Source of the DNA: Oscillospiraceae bacterium
GTDB lineage: Bacteria > Bacillota > Clostridia > Oscillospirales > CAG-382
Direction: 5' to 3'
Assembly: GCA_015064955.1 (NCBI GenBank)
Contig: SVRD01000002.1
Span: 14,188-78,187, forward strand
Length of the DNA: 64,000 nt
Position numbers and translations under genes: made by a program. Under the pieces are notes generated by a model. It was not told where the DNA came from, did no database searches, and saw nothing but the letters and a program-made list of their open reading frames with translations. Below are positions 58,479 to 64,000 of the stretch, piece by piece. Every line of letters begins with the position of its first letter. The first letter of the stretch is position 1.

Positions 58479-59273
58479 TTATTGCTTTTGAGGAGCAAAA
58501 TAGGTGCCGACGAATTCGCCGTCGAACACGTTATAGAGTATTTCGGGGTCTGCGCCGTTCAGAATTATCATCGCAATACCGCGCTCGGTGATATACTTCG
58601 CGCTTTCGAGCTTCGTAGCCATACCGCCGGTGCCGCGTGCGGTACCCGCGCCTGCGCCCATCGCAAAAATTTCGTCGGTTACAGCTTCGACGTATTCGAT
58701 AAATCTTGCGTCCTTGTTGCTTCTCGGGTCGGAATCGTAAAGTCCGTCGATATCCGACATATTTATAAGCAGATCGGCGTTGCAAAGTCTTGCAACCGAT
58801 GCCGCGAGGGTATCGTTCGAGCCGATCTTTATCTGCTCGTTGGAGAGAGTGTCGTTTTCGTTTACGATCGGGATAATGCGCTGACCGATAAGAAGCTCGA
58901 GAGTTGTGCTTGCGTTCAAGCGGCGCTCCTTGTTGTCAATAACGCTTCGGGTGAGCAATATCTGGGCGATAGTGATGCCGAAATCCGAAAATCTGCGGTC
59001 GTACATATCAATAAGCTGGCACTGACCGACTGCCGCCGCCGCCTGCTTTTGCTCGGTGGAGAGCGTTTTGCGGTCGAATCCGATCTTTGCGAGTCCGCAG
59101 CTGACCGCGCCCGACGAAACGAGGATTATTTCCATACCGCTGTTATGAAGGTCGGAAAGGCAGCTGACCAATCTTTCGACCTTGCGGATATTTATATAGC
59201 CCGACGTGTGAGTAAGGGTCGAGGTACCGACCTTTACAACGACTCGCTTTATATTTTCGGTGTTGATTTTCAT
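58479..59273 (-). CDS. proB: Glutamate 5-kinase (no PUA domain)
   Basis: VVKVGTS, VSSGAV, QAAAAVGQ, NEND, GTGGMATK. Confidence 0.95.
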   Translation of the reverse strand: MKINTENIKRVVVKVGTSTLTHTSGYINIRKVERLVSCLSDLHNSGMEIILVSSGAVSCGLAKIGFDRKTLSTEQKQAAAAVGQCQLIDMYDRRFSDFGITIAQILLTRSVIDNKERRLNASTTLELLIGQRIIPIVNENDTLSNEQIKIGSNDTLAASVARLCNADLLINMSDIDGLYDSDPRSNKDARFIEYVEAVTDEIFAMGAGAGTARGTGGMATKLESAKYITERGIAMIILNGADPEILYNVFDGEFVGTYFAPQKQ

Positions 59274-59358
59274 ATTTTGCCTCTTTACACTTTGATAATT
59301 CAGTATTATAATATAATGTAATAAAAATTTCAAGGCTTTTTTGAGAGGAACCTACCCA

Positions 59359-59949
59359 ATGAGCAAAAAACTGATACTCGCTTCGGCTTCTCCGAGGCGG
59401 AAGGAGATATTATCCACCGCGGGCTACCGTTTTGAAGCTATGATCTCCTATGCCGACGAGGCAAGCGGAGGATTACCCGCCGAAGAGCTTGTTGCCGAAA
59501 ACGCAAAGCTCAAGGCATTGGAGATTCTGAACCGCAAAGGAAACGAAGATTCTATCGTGCTCGGTGCAGATACCGTCGTTTGCCTGAACGGGAAAATACT
59601 CGGCAAGCCGACCGACGAAGCCGACGCTTTTGCGATGCTGAAATCGCTTTCCTCGAGTATTCACGAGGTTCTCACCGGATACTGTGTTGCCGATTCGGAA
59701 TCGGTAATTGTCGGATACTGCACCTCCGAGGTGAAGTTCAAGCCCCTCTCCGACGGCGAGATAAACGCCTATATCGCGACAAAAGAGCCACTCGATAAGG
59801 CGGGCGCATACGGAATACAGGAGCGCGCGGGAATCTTTGTCGAATGGATAAAGGGCGATTACTTCAACATAATGGGTCTGCCGATCTCGGCTGTATCCGA
59901 CGAGCTAAAGAAAAAGGGTATCTTCCCCGAGTGGCTGAAAGATGTATAA
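59359..59949 (+). CDS. maf: Maf nucleoside triphosphate pyrophosphatase
   Basis: LILASASPRR, GADTVV, LGKP, DKAGAYGIQ, GLP. Confidence 0.93.
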   Translation: MSKKLILASASPRRKEILSTAGYRFEAMISYADEASGGLPAEELVAENAKLKALEILNRKGNEDSIVLGADTVVCLNGKILGKPTDEADAFAMLKSLSSSIHEVLTGYCVADSESVIVGYCTSEVKFKPLSDGEINAYIATKEPLDKAGAYGIQERAGIFVEWIKGDYFNIMGLPISAVSDELKKKGIFPEWLKDV

Positions 59950-60040
59950 AACATCAACAAATTTTGCAAAGTTATTGACTTACACAACTGTTTTGTAGTA
60001 AAATAATCAGTAAGCGATATTATATTTAAGGAGAGAAAAA

Positions 60041-63000
60041 ATGAAACAGGCAAAAAGACTTCTCGCGCTCTTGCTTTGCGCGGTAATGATCGTTCCCTGC
60101 TGTATTTTTGCAAACGCCGCTTCGGTAAGTATGTCCGTTGCGACAAACTTCAACGTCACCTCGGGCGTTTCTTATGCAAAATACAACGTATACGGAAGCC
60201 AGAGCGGACACACCGAGGCTTGTACCGTTCTCGAATTTTCCACCGATGAGTATCTCCCCATGCCCTTTATTGCAAATGCGGGCTCTGCGGGATTGCTCAC
60301 CACACAGTACAGCACCGCTGTAAACAAATACGGCTATGAGGTTGCCGGCGTTATCAACGGCTCGTTCTTCGGCACGGCCGACGAAGCACTTATCGGCCAC
60401 GTCATCACCAACGGCGTTCTTACCTGCGCACACGTTGCCGATCCTATGGAAATGGTAACCTTCGATGCAAACGGCAAGATGCAGTCGGTCACAAGTACTC
60501 TTAACTCCTCACTCAACGTAAACGGCACCGTTTACACCAACGCGATCCACTACATCAACAAGCGTCAGGATTGCGCATGGGAAGGCGCGGCGGACAGAAT
60601 TTTCTATTTCGACACCTCCTGCGGCACAATCGCAGACACCACCGGCACAAACTACGAAATCCTCTTCAACAAGCTCGACAACACCAACCTTTCCGTTGGT
60701 CAGTCCCTTACCGGTCAGGTAGTTTCTGTCAAGACCGGTAATTCTTCCTCTATCGGAAGCAATCAGTTCGTTCTTTCGGTCAAGACCACCTCGGCTTACG
60801 CCGCATATATCAAGGATCTCAAGGCCGGCGATACCGTTACCATCACCATCAACGAAACCAACGCTTCCGCAAAGGCTGCGATGACAAGCGCGGTCGGCGC
60901 TATCACCAACGTCGGCTTCCTTGTAAAAGACGGTGTTGACCTTACTCTTACTCAGTCCTCCATCGGTACTCACAGCGTTACCGGCACCTATGCACGCTGG
61001 ACCGCATTCGGTCAGAAGGCAGACGGCTCTTACGTCTTCTTTACCTCCGAAGGCGGAAGCACCGGTGTTTCCTCCCGCTCGCTCACTCTGCGTGACGTTG
61101 CGGCGGCGATGATCAAGCTCGGCTGTGTAAACGTTATCCGTATGGACGGCGGCGGATCGAGTGCGATGTACGTCTCCAATACCGGCGGCGGCAGCCCCGG
61201 CTACGTTCAGTCGGCTTCGCGTGCGGTTTGCGACTCTATTCTTATCGTAAAGAAATCCAGCCTTGCCGACGCTAATCTTACCGCAGCGCTCAAAACCGCT
61301 ATCGCAGATGCAAAGGCTATCGTAGCGGCTACCCCCAACGCAAACCTTTCCGCTACTATCGCAGAGGCTGAAGCACTTATCAATTCCGGCGTTGTTATCG
61401 GCGCAGAAGCAAGAAGATATCTCCAAAAGCTTTCTGTTTCGGGCAAGAGCGGCCTTAAATCGCTTCTCGATTCCGCTCTCGCATTGAACTACTCGCTCTA
61501 CACCGAAGAAGCTCTCTCGGTACTCCGTTCTCATTACAACAAAGCATATAATGTATATTCCTCTTCAGACGCTACCGCAGACGAGGTTTCCGCAGCATAC
61601 AAATCGCTCAACGACGCGATGACTCTTACCGGCAAAAAGGTTCTCTCCACTCATAAATCCTATACTCTCGGCGGCACACTTCACAGCACGTTCGGCGACG
61701 ACGGTATCCGTCTTACCAACGGTGTGAAATCGCAATCCGCAGGCGGCGATGTCAAATTCTATTCCGGCTGGGACAAGGGCGCTGTTGCCGAAATCACGAT
61801 CGATCTCGGAAGCTCGCTTTACAGCGATACCTATACAGTTTACGGTGCATACGGCTTCTATGGCATTTCCGCACCGCAATCGCTCAAGGTTTCTGTCTCG
61901 AACGACGGCAAGAACTTCACCTCTGCCGGCACTACGACAGTTATCACCAACGTCGGCAACGGCGATGTTATCGACGGCGAGCAGTCGAAGCTCATCTCGC
62001 TTACCGTAAAGACCGCGTCGTTCAACAAGGCTCGCTACGTCAAGTTCGAGGTAACCCCCACTAACTTCATCTGGCTCGATGAGGTCGAGGTTATCGCAAG
62101 CAGTGTAAACAGTCTCCAAAAGGTCGGCAACGCAGTTATTTTCAACGGCTTCAACAGCTACGTTTATGACAGCAACTGCTTTATCTACACTCCCGACTTC
62201 GGCACACTTACCGCCGACAAGATCAACCACAGATACACAAAGAACGTTATCCTCACCAAGACGAGCGATCCCAACGCATACACCATTAAATCGATCAACT
62301 TCTACAACGGCTCGGCTCCCAACGTGACTCTCGCTTCAAACGAGATCATGATCGGCTGCCACAAGGGCGAATCTGCGGCAAGCGTTATCAGCGACAGCAT
62401 TTTCAGCGCGGCTGAGGTCGGCGATACCGTAAGATTCTACGGTGTAGATATCGCGAACAAGTTTATCAGCGCCTGCGCTTATGCAAAGGTTGAATCGGCA
62501 AGCGGCGACACTCCCGATATTCCCGACGTTCCCGACGTTCCCGATACTCCCACCTACGTCCCCTCCGATCCCAAACCCTTCTGGATCACCCACGTTAACG
62601 ACAACACCACCGAAGGCGCGGGCGTTATCTTCACTCAGGCTTACGAGGGCGCGGCTTGGTGGCTGCACGTTGCATTTGCTCCCACCGAAGAAAGCGGAGT
62701 TTATAAAATCGTAGCTATCTCCAACGGTCTCTCCTACGGCGACGCTACCCCGCTCTCTATCCCCTCGGGCGGTTTTGTCTGGGCTTCCAACTACGGTAAC
62801 AACTATCCCGAGCTCTACCCCGACGATCCCACCGGTATCGACTATACCTCGGACAACTGCACCAACGCGATCAACGACGCGGCTACTTGGACTGTCGGTA
62901 TGAGATTCTCGTTCAACGGATTTGATCCGCTCAACCCGACCGCTCCCACCACTACCCCGAGCACCAACTGGTACGATGATGCATACGTTTGCACCGCTAC

Positions 63001-63253
63001 CTACGTTACATATTCCCTCGCACCCGTCGATCCTCCCGTCAACCCGCCCGTAAGCGGCGCAAGCGGCGACGTTAACGCAGACGGCGCAATCAACCAGTAC
63101 GACTACATTCTCGTTAAGCGTCACTACTTCGGCACCCGTTGCCTCACAGATGACGAAATGCCCCGCGCTGACGTTAACTCCGACGGAATCGTAAATCAGT
63201 ACGACTACATTTTGATCAAGCGCCACTACTTCGGAACTTATACAATAGGCTAA
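60041..63253 (+). CDS. Large secreted phosphodiester glycosidase (NAGPA-like) + helical (FIVAR-like) + discoidin module + dockerin
   Basis: Signal peptide; INGSFF, ARWTAFG, MDGGGSS; EITIDLG...ARYVKF...WLDEVEV; PDIPDVPDVP linker; QYDY dockerin. Confidence 0.82.
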   Translation: MKQAKRLLALLLCAVMIVPCCIFANAASVSMSVATNFNVTSGVSYAKYNVYGSQSGHTEACTVLEFSTDEYLPMPFIANAGSAGLLTTQYSTAVNKYGYEVAGVINGSFFGTADEALIGHVITNGVLTCAHVADPMEMVTFDANGKMQSVTSTLNSSLNVNGTVYTNAIHYINKRQDCAWEGAADRIFYFDTSCGTIADTTGTNYEILFNKLDNTNLSVGQSLTGQVVSVKTGNSSSIGSNQFVLSVKTTSAYAAYIKDLKAGDTVTITINETNASAKAAMTSAVGAITNVGFLVKDGVDLTLTQSSIGTHSVTGTYARWTAFGQKADGSYVFFTSEGGSTGVSSRSLTLRDVAAAMIKLGCVNVIRMDGGGSSAMYVSNTGGGSPGYVQSASRAVCDSILIVKKSSLADANLTAALKTAIADAKAIVAATPNANLSATIAEAEALINSGVVIGAEARRYLQKLSVSGKSGLKSLLDSALALNYSLYTEEALSVLRSHYNKAYNVYSSSDATADEVSAAYKSLNDAMTLTGKKVLSTHKSYTLGGTLHSTFGDDGIRLTNGVKSQSAGGDVKFYSGWDKGAVAEITIDLGSSLYSDTYTVYGAYGFYGISAPQSLKVSVSNDGKNFTSAGTTTVITNVGNGDVIDGEQSKLISLTVKTASFNKARYVKFEVTPTNFIWLDEVEVIASSVNSLQKVGNAVIFNGFNSYVYDSNCFIYTPDFGTLTADKINHRYTKNVILTKTSDPNAYTIKSINFYNGSAPNVTLASNEIMIGCHKGESAASVISDSIFSAAEVGDTVRFYGVDIANKFISACAYAKVESASGDTPDIPDVPDVPDTPTYVPSDPKPFWITHVNDNTTEGAGVIFTQAYEGAAWWLHVAFAPTEESGVYKIVAISNGLSYGDATPLSIPSGGFVWASNYGNNYPELYPDDPTGIDYTSDNCTNAINDAATWTVGMRFSFNGFDPLNPTAPTTTPSTNWYDDAYVCTATYVTYSLAPVDPPVNPPVSGASGDVNADGAINQYDYILVKRHYFGTRCLTDDEMPRADVNSDGIVNQYDYILIKRHYFGTYTIG

Positions 63254-63259
63254 ATTTTC

Positions 63260-63563
63260 CGAGAGAGAACCTTTTGCAAAAGGTTCTCTCTCGTACTCTC
63301 TCTCCAAAACTCTTAAAAACACAATAAAACAAATTAAAATTGCCGCGTTATTTTAACGTGGCTTTCTTTTTTCTGAATTTGAATAACAAAACATCCTCGC
63401 GGTGTGAGCGATACAAATGTTATAACCCTGCAACGCGGGAGGAAAAAGCTTTTGTCCGACTTTTTCAAAAGTCGGAGCGGGAGGATAAAATTTTTGTCAA
63501 ACTTAACGGGGTCCCCGAAAATCGTAAGATTTTTGGGGGAATATCAAAAGTTTGAGAGGGAGG
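63260..63563 (+). repeat. Multi-hairpin 3' trailer of dockerin gene B (homologous to 32864-33120)
   Basis: Same ordered modules as the first copy; 42-bp units swapped; one unit carries an insertion. Confidence 0.85.
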
Positions 63564-63639
63564 AATTTTTCCATTTGTGTGCATATACTGACAAGGAAGA
63601 CCGAAATTCGCGGTTTTCAAGAAAAACAACACAGAACGG

Positions 63640-63876
63640 ATGAATCAAATAATGACCCCGAAGGACTACGGACTTTTCTGCATCGACCAATCCCCCGTAA
63701 CTCCCGAGATGCCGCACAACAGCACCTTCCCCGCGCACGTTTCGCTCGCGATGATGTACGTTCCGTATCAGCGGTTTGAAAATCTCTACGACGAGGAAAA
63801 AGCGCTTTCCCGCGGTACGCTTTTCGCGGAGCTCGATTTCCCGTTTTACGGAAGCAAGAGAGGTAATATGAAATGA
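63640..63876 (+). CDS. cotJA: Spore coat-associated protein CotJA
   Basis: LAMMYVPYQ....Y....AL.RGTLF.ELD.PF; sigmaE-like CATATACT upstream at 63582. Confidence 0.88.
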   Translation: MNQIMTPKDYGLFCIDQSPVTPEMPHNSTFPAHVSLAMMYVPYQRFENLYDEEKALSRGTLFAELDFPFYGSKRGNMK

Positions 63877-64000
63877 CGCACGATTCAAGACGCGAAAGCC
63901 TTATGAACAAGGTTCAGATGTATGCCTTTGTCGCGCACGAATGCGCGCTTTACCTCGACTGCCACCCCGACAACCGCCAAGCACTCGAAAAATTCCAAAA
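63873..64000 (+). CDS. cotJB: Spore coat protein CotJB (partial, runs off the window)
   Basis: MTHDSRRESLMNKVQMYAFVAHECALYLDCHPDNRQAL; ATGA overlap with cotJA. Confidence 0.85.
   Translation, partial: MTHDSRRESLMNKVQMYAFVAHECALYLDCHPDNRQALEKFQ

Noticed and set aside
58479-59273. Truncated proB pseudogene
   Set aside because: PUA-less glutamate 5-kinases are common in Firmicutes; the kinase motifs are intact
63505-63540. c-di-AMP (ydaO) riboswitch because of TTTTGGGG
   Set aside because: Other conserved ydaO segments are absent; better explained as an inserted mini-palindrome

Overview
Chromosomal window from a spore-forming Clostridia-class Firmicute (spoIIE, spoIID/spoIIQ, sleL-like, cotJA/cotJB; probably an Oscillospiraceae/Ruminococcaceae-like anaerobe, by inference). 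It is mostly housekeeping: argS-yebC-nadD-yqeK-rsfS-leuS, a MarR/ABC exporter, rny-ymdB-yajC, iscS-thiI-cinA, nadE, proBA and maf. No CRISPR, transposase, integrase or reverse transcriptase was recognised. The interesting signal is mostly non-coding or modular. (1) Directly behind tRNA-Val(GAC) is a ~195-nt 'fishbone' structure (4x GCTAAAT+hairpin facing 4x ATTTAGC+hairpin) that runs into the RBS of a four-helix-bundle (Avd/IVP-like) gene and opens an integrase-less accessory islet. (2) The islet holds mosaic lipoprotein genes sharing promoter/signal/linker blocks and a recurring AACCGATTTG hairpin. (3) Three secreted, non-cellulolytic dockerin proteins are present; two share a near-identical 'QYDY' dockerin plus a homologous ~260-300 bp multi-hairpin 3' trailer 30 kb apart. 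(4) Several dispersed structured repeats show compensatory base changes. (5) There is a candidate C-rich anti-Shine-Dalgarno sRNA. (6) The spoIID next to spoIIQ lacks the catalytic Glu. All family calls are from motif recognition by eye; no database search was run.
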